From Fibrobacterales bacterium (lineage in GTDB: Bacteria > Fibrobacterota > Fibrobacteria > Fibrobacterales > JAOPTW01): DNA of 38,661 nt. The number at the start of each line of letters is the position of its first letter. Within the stretch, counting starts at the first letter, position 1. A program made the translations under genes and the position numbers. The notes beneath the pieces were generated by a model. It had not been told where the DNA came from. It saw only the letters and a program-made list of their open reading frames with translations, and ran no database searches. Positions 1 to 10,528 of this stretch are shown here, in pieces. The stretch lies in NCBI GenBank assembly GCA_051532055.1, contig JAOPTX010000049.1, positions 1-38,661 on the forward strand, read 5' to 3'.

Positions 1-250
1 TTTATTATAGTGCGTTTAAATGATAATTACCACGATATCTTGAATTAAAACCAAAATTTTTTAAAAAAGATGCTTACTATCGTGGGATGGTCTAAAATAT
101 ATGCGCAATGGTATCGCAACAATTATGATAATATGTCATAAGAGTAATGGACTAAATATTAAGGTGAAATTTTGAATATTTTTACTCGACTTCCATAAAA
201 AAAAATAGGATACTTAGAACTTATGAAATTGTTGTACAAGGAATGAACCC

Positions 251-718
251 ATGGTAAAAGTTGAACATATCAATCCGTTTATAAAGGCTACTATAGAATC
301 GTTTTCGACAATGATTGGTATCAAAATTGTTCCGGGCAAAATAGTTTTGAAAGATAAGGCACAGACAGGGCATGATATTTCTGGCATTATTGGGTTATCT
401 GGTGGGGCACGAGGAGCGATATCTTTAAGCTTCCCCAAAGCAGCGGCTCTTGAAATCGTGAGTAAATTTGTTGGTGAAGAGATGGCGGAACTTGATGATG
501 ATGTGACGGATGCTATAGGTGAGTTAGCTAATATTATCGCTGGCTATGCAAAGAAAGATCTTACAGAATTTAATATTCAAATATCTCTTCCTTCAGTTAT
601 AACTGGTGAGGGGCATAGTGTTTCGGATTCAAAAGATGTGCAATCAATGGTTATTCCTTTTACCTTTGATTCACATACCTTTGATTTAGGCGTGGCACTT
701 AAATCTGAAGCCGACTAA
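251..718 (+). CDS. cheX: Chemotaxis phosphatase CheX
   Basis: 155 aa. N-terminal INPFI, DISGIIGLSG, catalytic ExxN in DAIGELANIIAG, and ISLPSVI are typical of CheX. Confidence 0.93.
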   Translation: MVKVEHINPFIKATIESFSTMIGIKIVPGKIVLKDKAQTGHDISGIIGLSGGARGAISLSFPKAAALEIVSKFVGEEMAELDDDVTDAIGELANIIAGYAKKDLTEFNIQISLPSVITGEGHSVSDSKDVQSMVIPFTFDSHTFDLGVALKSEAD

Positions 719-725
719 TACAAGA

Positions 726-747
726 GGGGCTTGTAATACGAAGCCCC
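726..747. terminator. Hairpin between convergent cheX and CotH genes, probable terminator
   Basis: GGGGCTT (726-732) pairs with AAGCCCC (741-747) around an 8-nt loop, in the 41-bp gap between two stop codons. U-tails are weak. Confidence 0.55.
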
Positions 748-759
748 GTAAAATGTGTT

Positions 760-2328
760 CTATTTGCCATATACCATTATGGCATCACTATTTTTCATAA
801 TTTGCTTTCGTACAATTTCTACATGCTCTAGCCAATAGGATTTATTTATAGAGCCGTAATTACCCGACATGGTATTGGGCCAATCTGTTGGGTCTCCAAA
901 GATATCGTTCATTTCAAGGGTGATCGGAGTAATAAGCGATTGCCATTCATCAAGCTTCTGTGCTAATTGTGGATAAACGTCCTGTCTAAATATTTCAAGT
1001 TGAGCGAGGTACTCTTTTTCGAAAAGAGTTAAGCCCCGCATTAATGCATTGCATTGTTGGTTTTTACGTAATGAAGAACAGGCTGCAGGAGCGTCAGTTA
1101 GAGGGAGGGGTGCCATGGGTACCCCCACATCATCATATTTATATTTTTCAAAAAAATCATCAAACAGTGGGTGTGCATGAAGAATATTGTCGAGATCCCA
1201 GGGGATTAGGGTGAACTTTTTTCGTGTGGGGTCTTCGTACCAAAAATAGTTTTTACCATTCGTGCCGGCAAAACTCATAAGGCACCAAGGGCTATCCCAG
1301 TTGTCCAGTACTCGTGTCACAAGCATATTGGCTATAATCTCTTCTACATCGATCCATTTGCGAATAACCTGAGTAATTGTTGAGTCATTGGCGGCCTGTA
1401 GGTCTTGTGCAAACTCAGTCATAAGTAACGCTGAGGGATTGTCATTTTCATTCGTTCTGAGGGTCGCAATGTATTTACTGGCACTTTGTGGTTTGTTGTC
1501 TATGGTCACTGGCATAATTTGTTTATACACATTGCCTTCACCACTGGTGAAGTGCTGTCGGGTAAATATACCATCGATATTTTCTACTACTAAAAAGAGT
1601 CCGAGATCCTCACTGTTTATTTGAACACGTGCATATGATGTCCGTGGTGCACGGACCCCCATTTCTCTATACATCCAATAGCCAAGCTGTTCTCGCATTT
1701 GTGAGGGGTCATTGTTGAGGGAGTGGAGTTGCAGTTTTTTTAACCCCTTAAAACGTTGGTCCGATTGTGCTGTGGTGTTAAACTTTAGTTTTAACCCCAA
1801 TTTTAAACAGATTTTTGGACGAAGGTAGGTAATGATAGAGTCGTTGATAGTTGTAACTTTATCGGTACAAGGTATGCCATCTTGTCGTGCTGCGGTGTGT
1901 ATTGTGTTTTCGTAAAGCCATGAGCCGACACTTCCTTTATATCGCACTTCTATATCAGTATATAATTCGTTGCCATATTCTAAGGAGCCAGATACATACT
2001 CTTCTGCTTTGGGGTCTGCATCGAGCATCGAGAGGTTTTTATCGGATATAATGATATTAAAGAGGGGGATGGTTTGATTATCAAAAAGAGTATTAAAATC
2101 AACGGGCTGAGGGGGTTTGATATAGATACTTGAAGAGCTGTTGGTACTGCTTGAGGAGTGTTGTGTCGATGAGCTTGAAACCGTTACACTGAGCGAAGAG
2201 GTAGTGTCTTGGCTTGAGTGTACTGAGTCACGATCATTGTCTAAAAATGAGGATCGGTCAGGTTCACTGCATCCCATGATGAGTAAAAAGAAAAGTACTA
2301 CTGCGGTTTGGCACAATACGAGGTGCAT
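760..2328 (-). CDS. CotH kinase family lipoprotein
   Basis: Lipobox-like IMGC, Ser-rich linker, then CotH motifs VRYKG, KLKF, LNNDPSQMRE, GLFLVVENID, NWDS...NYFWY and LIPWDLD. AGGAG RBS upstream. Confidence 0.88.
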   Translation of the reverse strand: MHLVLCQTAVVLFFLLIMGCSEPDRSSFLDNDRDSVHSSQDTTSSLSVTVSSSSTQHSSSSTNSSSSIYIKPPQPVDFNTLFDNQTIPLFNIIISDKNLSMLDADPKAEEYVSGSLEYGNELYTDIEVRYKGSVGSWLYENTIHTAARQDGIPCTDKVTTINDSIITYLRPKICLKLGLKLKFNTTAQSDQRFKGLKKLQLHSLNNDPSQMREQLGYWMYREMGVRAPRTSYARVQINSEDLGLFLVVENIDGIFTRQHFTSGEGNVYKQIMPVTIDNKPQSASKYIATLRTNENDNPSALLMTEFAQDLQAANDSTITQVIRKWIDVEEIIANMLVTRVLDNWDSPWCLMSFAGTNGKNYFWYEDPTRKKFTLIPWDLDNILHAHPLFDDFFEKYKYDDVGVPMAPLPLTDAPAACSSLRKNQQCNALMRGLTLFEKEYLAQLEIFRQDVYPQLAQKLDEWQSLITPITLEMNDIFGDPTDWPNTMSGNYGSINKSYWLEHVEIVRKQIMKNSDAIMVYGK

Positions 2329-2565
2329 TCAGTGTAACTCCTGTGAGAGGTCACCTCTTTAGTAGTAAGTATTGGGGAACCGTTCATTCTTGGCTTTAAA
2401 GTAGGCGTACTGTATCATGGTTTTTACAAATGTCATTAAAATCGCTTTCTTTATGTAAGCGAAATGTTAAACAGTGTAAAATTATGACTGGGTAATCACT
2501 TCCATACTCTCTTAAAGTATATTCCTATGCTTGAGTTTAGTTTTTTAGACTATTTTGGAGGTGTT

Positions 2566-5500
2566 ATGCCAAGTAAGCCAGTTTTAGCGAGTATTAAGAC
2601 AGAATTAGGTAAATTCCTAAAAGAAGCAGCCTTAAAAGATGCCGCAGAATTTAAGGTTATACGGGACCTAAAGCACAGGGCTACTTTAGCGTCATCACTA
2701 CAATCGATTGAGTCAAGTAAGCTTGATGGCGCGATTGGTGCGGCGGGTGAAACAGGGGTTTCGGCATGGACCTTTACAGGAACAGGCTCAATATCTATCA
2801 AAAACCTCGCGTATCACGATACTGATCCCGATACGAGTAGTCACAACTCGGTGAAATTAAAATTTCGAGGCAATGAGTTTGTAGCCCAGCCACTTATAAC
2901 CCTCTATAATCATACGGGTAATGATGATATGGGAGTGATTGGGGGGCCCGAGAGCAATACTATCGATAATGAAAATTGTCAATTTACCTATGTCTTAAAG
3001 AACTTAGAGACTCGTGATTCCGGGCTTACTATCAATAGTGAAAAATTTAATTCTTCTCTCAAGCTTAACTTTTCAAGTACACCGACAATAAAGGTGGAAA
3101 TTGCCCCTAATATCATTGAGTATGCTGAAAAAATAGGACCCGGTATCGCAAAGTTTAGAGACTTTATGGTATCGATGCTCTCACTGGATGAAGATGATAA
3201 TGGGTTTGTAGAATTTCTCAATGATAGTGTCGTTTGGGTCAATGATTTTATTTCAGATGTTCAAGACTTTGCTACAACTCATACGAGTGAGATAACAATT
3301 GGGTACACTAAAAATAAAGTGACCTATGCACTGCCTCTGAGGAATGGTACAAAACTGACATTATCTCAAAGTATAACGGGGGACTCTAATGTTATCTATG
3401 TGGGATTTGAAGATATCTATTCTGTGGGTGGATTTAATTTCAAAAAATTTGCATTAGAGTATCGACCAGAACTTGAACTCGATAGTAACTCTATTACGAT
3501 AAAAGAAGTTGATATTGAGAGCCCATGGGACCTCAATATACCACTCTTTTGGAATGATGCCGAAATACAAATGAAAAAATTTGGAATACGCTATGTTGAT
3601 GAGTCGTTCCTCATTGATTGTGGATTACATATAAACCCTGATTGGAACGGTATTCCTTTAATCGGTGATAAAATTCCTGAAGCAATCTCTATCAAAAACT
3701 TTGCCCTAGGGTGGGGGGAATCATTTGCTTATAAAGTTGATGGGGTTAAGGTTCATTGGAAAAAGAAACCTAATGCAGACAAGAAAAAACCTCCCGAAGA
3801 ACAGTATGAAACCACCAAAAGTTTAGAAGAAGGAACGGTCCCTGTAGGTGCGGGCTTTGGACATGGTCTTACTATAGGTGGGATAGCGCTTTCAAAGGTA
3901 ACGGGAGAAGTTAAAGAAGACCCACAAACAGCTGCTGATCCAAATGATCTTAAAACTATCTCTAAGAGTATTGGAATACAGGCTCGATTAAAAGGTATTC
4001 AAACGAATATAGGCCCGATTGCTCTTTCGGTTGACGGGCCAGGGATACAGCTCACGGTTGATTATAATATAGACGATGAGGATGGGAGCGAGACAGAAGG
4101 TCTTGAAACAACTAATACTTCCTTGGGGTATTCATGGAAAAATATTTCCCTCGATAGTATCGGCTTAGATAAATTTGTTGATATCGGGATGAGAACCGAG
4201 CTTTTGGGCCCAACGGGCTATGGTATAAAGATTGACTCACCCACAGTGACGGGGGCAGGATATCTCTCGAAAGAAGGTGATAAGTATGTGGGGGCGCTTG
4301 CCCTCAACCTGTTTAATAAACTCGATATCACAGCAGTCGGGGTACTCGAAACAATTGATGGTAAAGCATCGTTTGTTATATTAATTAGTTCGGTATTTCC
4401 AACCGGAATACCACTGGGTCTCAATTTCTACCTCAAAGGAGTCGGTGGACTCATCGGTTTTAACCGCACTATGAATGTAGAAGCACTCCGAGGGGCTGTA
4501 CGATCAGGAAGTCTTGATACCTTTGCATTTCCGGACCTAAAAACTGAAAGCCTCTCTACGGTGGTCAATAATCTGCAGAACTATTTTCCAGCTAAGGCGG
4601 GACAATTTGTAGTAGGGCCTCTCGCTAAAATAGAGTGGTCAAATCCAGCGCTATTGACCCTTGACGCAGGGATACTCGTTGAAGTTCCCGATCCAGTGCG
4701 TTTGGCAATCTTAGGGGTCGTGAGAACAGCGATCCCCAATAAAGATCGGCCACTTCTGACACTTAATGCTGCTTTTCTTGGTATGATAGACTTTGACAAG
4801 GGAATGCTCTCATTTGATGCATCTCTCTTTAATTCTAAGTTACTCACTTTTGAGCTCTTTGGAGACCTGTGTGTCCGCCTCAGTTGGGGTAATAAAAAAG
4901 GGTTTGTTATATCAGCAGGTGGTTTTCATCCGAGTTATACCGTACCGACCTATTTAGATATTCCTGAAATGCGTCGCATGACTATTGTGTTTTATAAACA
5001 AAACCCTAAGGTGATGCTTGAGAGTTACTTTGCGGTGACTTCGAATACAGTGCAGCTCGGTGCACTTGCTTCACTCAGTTACAAAAAAGCAGGAGCAAAC
5101 GTTTCTGGGCATCTTGGCTTTAATACCCTCTTTCAGTTTGATCCTTTTGCGTTTATGGCAGATTTCAGTTGTGGAGTATCTGTTAAAGTATGGGGTTTTA
5201 GTCTCTTTGATGTATCCCTCACCGGTGAACTCTCTGGGCCGACTCCCTGGCATATTTACGGAAAAGTACGAGTGAGTCTTGGTTGGCTTGGCTCTGTTAC
5301 GGCTAAGGTATCGGTCACATGGGGTGATGAGAATAAAGAACCACTACAACAGATTGCCTTACAACCCCTTCTTGATGAGGAGCTCCAGCGCTCTTCAAAT
5401 TGGAGTATTACCGCAGGGAGAGATGAAGATGTCTCCTATCGTGATCACGGAATTGAAGGTGTGCTTTACCTTGCGCCTAATGGTGATGTGACCTTTAACC

Positions 5501-6141
5501 AAGAAGCAATACCCTTTGCCGAAAAGCTTGACTGTTTTGGTAATGCCAAACCGATAGATTTTAAGCGTTTTACTTTTTCTGAAGTTTCAATCGGTGATAT
5601 AAAAGCAAATACTAAAAAACTTAATAACAGTTTCCCATCGACACTCTTTAAAGATTTATCGGGTAAACAAGGGATGAAAGACCGTCTCAGTGCTGCAGAT
5701 TTCAAGAAGTATACCTCTGGCTTTAGTGCAAAAGGTAACTGGAACGGGGTGTTCGAGGATGAACAGGTTGTAGTACATCAAACCTATGAAATAAAAGAAT
5801 ATACCCATCGAGGTGATCCACAAGGGAATAGTGCTGGCTTACACTTAGAAGCAGACATTTTTACACCGTTTGAGGTTGCTCAGATGGTAGAAGGTATTGC
5901 GGTAGCTCGTACCGATCGAGTACAAGAGGCGAGACTCCAAGTATTGAATGAAGACTTTTATACGGATCCACCACGTGAACAATTCGATATTGTACTTTCG
6001 GAAGATCTCTCCCTTACAGAAATGCAAGGATTGAGCTTTACAGAGGCTCATGCCTTAATTGATCAATTAGTAGAAAATGAACCAATGCTTGCAGGTGAGC
6101 TCGCAGTTGTAGCCAATAGAGGTACCCATGTCAACGGATAA
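2566..6141 (+). CDS. DUF6603-domain large protein (operon gene 1)
   Basis: Start moved from 2527 to ATG 2566 (GGAGGT RBS at 2557-2562), giving 1191 aa. The C-terminal half has Gly/aromatic-rich beta-strand motifs I recognise as DUF6603-like: GAGYL, PLGLNFYLKGVGGLIGFNR, FDASLFNSKL, SAGGFHP, YFAVTSNTVQLG, LSGPTPWHIYG. Confidence 0.8.
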   Translation: MPSKPVLASIKTELGKFLKEAALKDAAEFKVIRDLKHRATLASSLQSIESSKLDGAIGAAGETGVSAWTFTGTGSISIKNLAYHDTDPDTSSHNSVKLKFRGNEFVAQPLITLYNHTGNDDMGVIGGPESNTIDNENCQFTYVLKNLETRDSGLTINSEKFNSSLKLNFSSTPTIKVEIAPNIIEYAEKIGPGIAKFRDFMVSMLSLDEDDNGFVEFLNDSVVWVNDFISDVQDFATTHTSEITIGYTKNKVTYALPLRNGTKLTLSQSITGDSNVIYVGFEDIYSVGGFNFKKFALEYRPELELDSNSITIKEVDIESPWDLNIPLFWNDAEIQMKKFGIRYVDESFLIDCGLHINPDWNGIPLIGDKIPEAISIKNFALGWGESFAYKVDGVKVHWKKKPNADKKKPPEEQYETTKSLEEGTVPVGAGFGHGLTIGGIALSKVTGEVKEDPQTAADPNDLKTISKSIGIQARLKGIQTNIGPIALSVDGPGIQLTVDYNIDDEDGSETEGLETTNTSLGYSWKNISLDSIGLDKFVDIGMRTELLGPTGYGIKIDSPTVTGAGYLSKEGDKYVGALALNLFNKLDITAVGVLETIDGKASFVILISSVFPTGIPLGLNFYLKGVGGLIGFNRTMNVEALRGAVRSGSLDTFAFPDLKTESLSTVVNNLQNYFPAKAGQFVVGPLAKIEWSNPALLTLDAGILVEVPDPVRLAILGVVRTAIPNKDRPLLTLNAAFLGMIDFDKGMLSFDASLFNSKLLTFELFGDLCVRLSWGNKKGFVISAGGFHPSYTVPTYLDIPEMRRMTIVFYKQNPKVMLESYFAVTSNTVQLGALASLSYKKAGANVSGHLGFNTLFQFDPFAFMADFSCGVSVKVWGFSLFDVSLTGELSGPTPWHIYGKVRVSLGWLGSVTAKVSVTWGDENKEPLQQIALQPLLDEELQRSSNWSITAGRDEDVSYRDHGIEGVLYLAPNGDVTFNQEAIPFAEKLDCFGNAKPIDFKRFTFSEVSIGDIKANTKKLNNSFPSTLFKDLSGKQGMKDRLSAADFKKYTSGFSAKGNWNGVFEDEQVVVHQTYEIKEYTHRGDPQGNSAGLHLEADIFTPFEVAQMVEGIAVARTDRVQEARLQVLNEDFYTDPPREQFDIVLSEDLSLTEMQGLSFTEAHALIDQLVENEPMLAGELAVVANRGTHVNG

Positions 6142-9100
6142 TAGTGTCTATAATTTTAACTCATGGTACCGTGAAGGTATGGCAGAAGATATCATTGCCC
6201 CAGAAGGGAATGAGACCCATGCGCGCATCGAAGTTTCGACAGAAATTGGACGTGATACAGTCGCGGGTGGCAAGAGCACATTAGAATATGATCGAGCAAT
6301 TCCGATGCTTGGTGCTGGTGAAGTTACGGCAATTAACCCTCGACAAATAGTACGAACATGGCCTGCTCATGCGACAGCGGACTTCCCCAAAGAGTACATG
6401 CCGTTCATTGAGTTTCACGATGAAGATTTCTTATGGCGTTATTCACCAGAACCGACATCACCAGCAGCGTTAGGGCCAGCCGATAGTATAACTCCGTGGC
6501 TCACATTAGTATGCCTCGAAGAAGGTGAGTATGCTCCATTTACAGAACGTCTCATTAATGGAGCCAATGTATTAGAAATTAATGAGGAAGTGAAGCTTCC
6601 TGATTTGAATGATGCGTGGCGTTGGGCACATGTACATATTAATGATTTACCGGTTAAAAAAGAAGGAGATTCGGTTGATCCCGATTTTAGATCTTTTTTG
6701 AAAGAGAACCCATTGAAGGGACAATGTCGCCTCATTATGCCCATCAATTTTAGAACCATTGAATTCAAAAATTTTCGGTGTTTCTTAGTCCCTACCTATG
6801 AACGAGGCCGTATCGCTGGACTTGGTGGGCCAAACACAGGTGATGCATTGCAGTCGATCCCTGCGACCCAATTCTCATGGACAGGACAAGTGGTGAGCAA
6901 TTTGCAGCTACCGGTGTATCAAGCATGGAGTTTTACTATTGATAGTGAGGGTGATTTTGAAACCCTGTGTGAAAAACTGGGGGCTCCAAATGGAGGAGAT
7001 GCTCCGAAGGGATTTCAGACGGTTACCTCAAATCCAGATGCGTTACAAATTAGAGATATTATTCCATCGACGCTTAATAGAACGTCCTTAGATCCCGATT
7101 TTAGAGTGGGGGCTGCACTGGCGCCAATAAGCAAGTCGGGACCCAGTGGGATCGCTGTTTCTGATTTTGATGATGCACATTTAGAAAAAAGTAAATTGAG
7201 GACCATTACCGAGAATGCTCGGGATCTCAATGCCCTTGAAGATGATGAAAATGAAGTCCCCATGGTTCTACCTCCGGCCTATGGCCAGTATTACTGTGAC
7301 CGCGCTGAAAACCCTCTTTGGTTTACTCAATTAAATCACAATAGAGCGTATCGTGCTGCGGCAGGGGTGGGGACATCTTCAATTCAAAAAAATCAAGAAG
7401 TCTTGATGGAGAACGCCTGGAAAGTGGTGGGGTCAATCTATGAACAGAATGAATATAAAAAAGGGCTTCGTGCCGCGTCATTAATTCAAGATACACTCCA
7501 CGAGAAACGCTTTAATTTACTTGAATTAAATTCGTCCACAATTAATAGGGCTGAAATTGCCGAGATGGTTGGATTTGCTGGGAACATGGAAACCCTTTCA
7601 GAGGTCAATGTTTTTAAAAATTCGACGGTACCAAATGTATTAGGTGATCGGGTGTTTAGGCATCGTCTTAATACCCAATTAAAAAGGAGCTCCGAAGGTG
7701 CTGCGGGAAGTTATGGAGATATCTTTGTTGCGCCCCGTGAGATAGATACGACGCTAGAGCAGAGTGCATCAGCTACTGAAATGAAAAAAGCATATGACGT
7801 TAAGTTACAGTCAATGACCAATTCGGCTCCCTATGTATTCGGCATGGCTGCGACTTCAGGAAATCAACTTGACCATTTATCAGTAAAAATATCACGAATG
7901 TACAAAGCGAGTGGTGATGCTCGAGTTGCTGCATATTTAGACCTCTTTACGTTTCGGTATAGAGGGCTTCGAGGTGCTTCAGCCTTAAGTAGATTAAAAG
8001 CTGAAAAGTATGCACACTACACTAATATTGTACGAGTGGTGAATGCTCGTATTGCTCAGAGGTCATTAACCTGTATATTGGGTGGATTACGAGTTACTGG
8101 AGTCTCCTTTGATAGGAGGGGATTGTGGAAGTCGGTTCGCGATGCACAGTGGAGTGGGTTCTTTAATGTTAGGAATAGCGAAGGGGTTGGAGGAATTCAT
8201 ACCATTGGGGCATTAGTTTCCGAGATTAAAAACCGAGGACTCTTCTTTTTGGATAATGATGCTCTTTTAAAAGATTTTATTGTTCAAGTAGGAATAACCT
8301 ATTCTAAATCTTCGAAACGAGTAATAGATTTTAAGAACCCTGATGTGCAAGATCGTGCTTCAGGTACTGCTTCGCAGAGTAGTGGGTATGATGTTTTTCG
8401 TGCTATGGGTCCTCAAATGAGTAACGATTTACTCATGAGATTACGTGAACAATTTGAAACTATAATTGGTGAAATATCGGGTGACTTTTCGTCTATTAAT
8501 TATGCCCTCAGTCATGAGGCTTTGTATAATAAATCACTAAATGCTACAAAAGTGTCTTCGAATAAGAGAGAGACTTCTGTATATATTTCTACATCGACGG
8601 TTCAGGAAGAGGCAAAAATAGATCGTTCTTTTTATTGTGAATTGTTAAAAACATTTGGTGTGGTGTATTTTTTAAATAAAACAAACATAGAAACCGTTAC
8701 CATTAACTCTGTACTGACTGTAAGAAAAAAATATGATATTGCGATTGAGCTCCTCATGAACAATGTCAAGACACTCACGGTTCCTGGGGATGGTACATCC
8801 TTGATCTTAGGGCTGAATAAAACCTTTTTTAAACAAAATTTTGCAAATACTGGTGTGGCATATAAATATGGAACGTCTTTGGTGCTCACTTCAGAAGTTA
8901 CTTTGGCAAAGCTTGACCCTAAACTCATTATTAATAAGGCTAAAAAACTGGCCTCACTACAAAATATTTTGAATTATGGCCGGGGAATGGAAACACTTTT
9001 TGAATCCATAAAACCAAAAGAATTTAAAGCACCCATTAATTTAGGTGCCTTGGTGTCAATTAAAAATAAACTCCTCAGTGCTGAATCACTGAAGCCAATC

Positions 9101-10528
9101 ACAGACAATGTATTGAATGTAAATGCATCTCTGCTTGAACAGAGTATTCAGAAAAATACTATGGCAGCGCCAACATTTAAAATTCCGGCAGTTAATTATC
9201 TTTTAGAACAAAGTTCCGATTATTTGTTGCCGGGCATCGAGACACTCCCTGATAATACGGTACTTCTATTGCAAACTAATAAGCCGTTTATTGAATCCTA
9301 TTTGGTAGGGCTCAATCATGAAATGGGAAGAGAACTGCTATGGCGTGAATATCCGACCGATATGCGGGGGAGTTATTTTTTGACTTTTTGGGATAAACAG
9401 GGAACAGTACAGCTTGAAGAGAGTGCTGATGTTACTCCTCTTGATGAATGGAGTGACAAAATTGATACCCATGGGAGAAGTAACGGGTATAGACGAGGTT
9501 TAAAAGAGCAGAGGCTTCGTAGAGAGCGTATTCAATGGCTCAGAGATAAAGGGTACGATAAAGAAGCATTTGAACTAGAAGTAGAGTTTAATCATCGATC
9601 AATAGCACAGCGTGAAATTGAACTTGAATTTCGTAATGGGGGCGGTCATACCGACCCACTTCCTGAAATGTATGATTGTGAAATTTACATTGGAGGTGAG
9701 CTTCAAATGGAACAAGTCATTGCGACACCTCAGGTTAATCTACAGGGGCTCCCTAAAGACGAACTCATTCAGGCAGTACGGGTAGAAATTAGAAAAGGGA
9801 TTGTAGAGGGGGTAATTATTGAGAATGTTAATACCAATCTTTATAACATGGTTCTCCCTGCTGTGGCAGGAATGCATTTGTTTGCACCTCCGCCACCAAT
9901 TTCTCCAAATATGAGTCAACCGTCACCAACAGGTTCTATGAATCGGTTCAGAATGTCTCGAAATTTTGGTATTGCACATAATCCCTTACATACGGATGTA
10001 TCAAATGCTACGGCTATTGGTTTTGGTTCTGGTACTCCAACTCAGAAATTTACCGCACAACCTCATTTGATTAATGCGTATAAAGAAGAATTACTCACTG
10101 CATCAACGACAAAAGGTCTTGGGGCTCATGGACGGAATAACACTTCAGGACGTACGGTATTACTCATTAAAAGTAGACTTCTAGAAAAATACCCAAATAC
10201 GTTAGTATACGCCATGAAAGGGTATGAGTCAAATGGTTCTGAATCTATTGGCGATCGTCATCAAGAACGATTCTTACCAAGTTTTACGGGTACACTCCCT
10301 GGTGGCATCAGCTGGTTTGGCTTTGATATCGATTCAAAAGATCTCGTAAAAGAGAATGAGAAGTGGGCATTTGCCCTGCAAGAGCGCCCAGGGGAATTTA
10401 ACTTTGATTCAGAAGGATTTAAGGCACATTCAAATAACGAACGCTCTGCCGAAATCGCCAAAAGTCACCTTAATAAACCAATCATATATGTATTTACAGC
10501 AGAAGAACTATTAGAAGGGGGTGAATAA
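6128..10528 (+). CDS. Large conserved hypothetical protein (operon gene 2)
   Basis: 1466-aa ORF overlapping gene 1 by 14 bp. Motifs PFIEFHDEDFLWRYSP, PWLTLVCL, WRWAHVH, GDFETL, FIESYLVGLNHEMGRELLWREYPTDMRGSYF and LLEKYPNT recalled from hypothetical proteins encoded beside DUF6603 genes. Confidence 0.85.
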   Translation: MSTDNSVYNFNSWYREGMAEDIIAPEGNETHARIEVSTEIGRDTVAGGKSTLEYDRAIPMLGAGEVTAINPRQIVRTWPAHATADFPKEYMPFIEFHDEDFLWRYSPEPTSPAALGPADSITPWLTLVCLEEGEYAPFTERLINGANVLEINEEVKLPDLNDAWRWAHVHINDLPVKKEGDSVDPDFRSFLKENPLKGQCRLIMPINFRTIEFKNFRCFLVPTYERGRIAGLGGPNTGDALQSIPATQFSWTGQVVSNLQLPVYQAWSFTIDSEGDFETLCEKLGAPNGGDAPKGFQTVTSNPDALQIRDIIPSTLNRTSLDPDFRVGAALAPISKSGPSGIAVSDFDDAHLEKSKLRTITENARDLNALEDDENEVPMVLPPAYGQYYCDRAENPLWFTQLNHNRAYRAAAGVGTSSIQKNQEVLMENAWKVVGSIYEQNEYKKGLRAASLIQDTLHEKRFNLLELNSSTINRAEIAEMVGFAGNMETLSEVNVFKNSTVPNVLGDRVFRHRLNTQLKRSSEGAAGSYGDIFVAPREIDTTLEQSASATEMKKAYDVKLQSMTNSAPYVFGMAATSGNQLDHLSVKISRMYKASGDARVAAYLDLFTFRYRGLRGASALSRLKAEKYAHYTNIVRVVNARIAQRSLTCILGGLRVTGVSFDRRGLWKSVRDAQWSGFFNVRNSEGVGGIHTIGALVSEIKNRGLFFLDNDALLKDFIVQVGITYSKSSKRVIDFKNPDVQDRASGTASQSSGYDVFRAMGPQMSNDLLMRLREQFETIIGEISGDFSSINYALSHEALYNKSLNATKVSSNKRETSVYISTSTVQEEAKIDRSFYCELLKTFGVVYFLNKTNIETVTINSVLTVRKKYDIAIELLMNNVKTLTVPGDGTSLILGLNKTFFKQNFANTGVAYKYGTSLVLTSEVTLAKLDPKLIINKAKKLASLQNILNYGRGMETLFESIKPKEFKAPINLGALVSIKNKLLSAESLKPITDNVLNVNASLLEQSIQKNTMAAPTFKIPAVNYLLEQSSDYLLPGIETLPDNTVLLLQTNKPFIESYLVGLNHEMGRELLWREYPTDMRGSYFLTFWDKQGTVQLEESADVTPLDEWSDKIDTHGRSNGYRRGLKEQRLRRERIQWLRDKGYDKEAFELEVEFNHRSIAQREIELEFRNGGGHTDPLPEMYDCEIYIGGELQMEQVIATPQVNLQGLPKDELIQAVRVEIRKGIVEGVIIENVNTNLYNMVLPAVAGMHLFAPPPPISPNMSQPSPTGSMNRFRMSRNFGIAHNPLHTDVSNATAIGFGSGTPTQKFTAQPHLINAYKEELLTASTTKGLGAHGRNNTSGRTVLLIKSRLLEKYPNTLVYAMKGYESNGSESIGDRHQERFLPSFTGTLPGGISWFGFDIDSKDLVKENEKWAFALQERPGEFNFDSEGFKAHSNNERSAEIAKSHLNKPIIYVFTAEELLEGGE

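Noticed and set aside
6248..6280. GGKST in gene 2 (and PGKS in gene 4) as Walker A motifs
   Set aside because: Spacing does not fit [AG]-x4-GK[ST], and there is no preceding hydrophobic strand or Walker B context.
9485..10117. Intein as the explanation for the gene 2 insert
   Set aside because: No Cys/Ser-initiated block A, no terminal His-Asn followed by C/S/T, and no LAGLIDADG motif.
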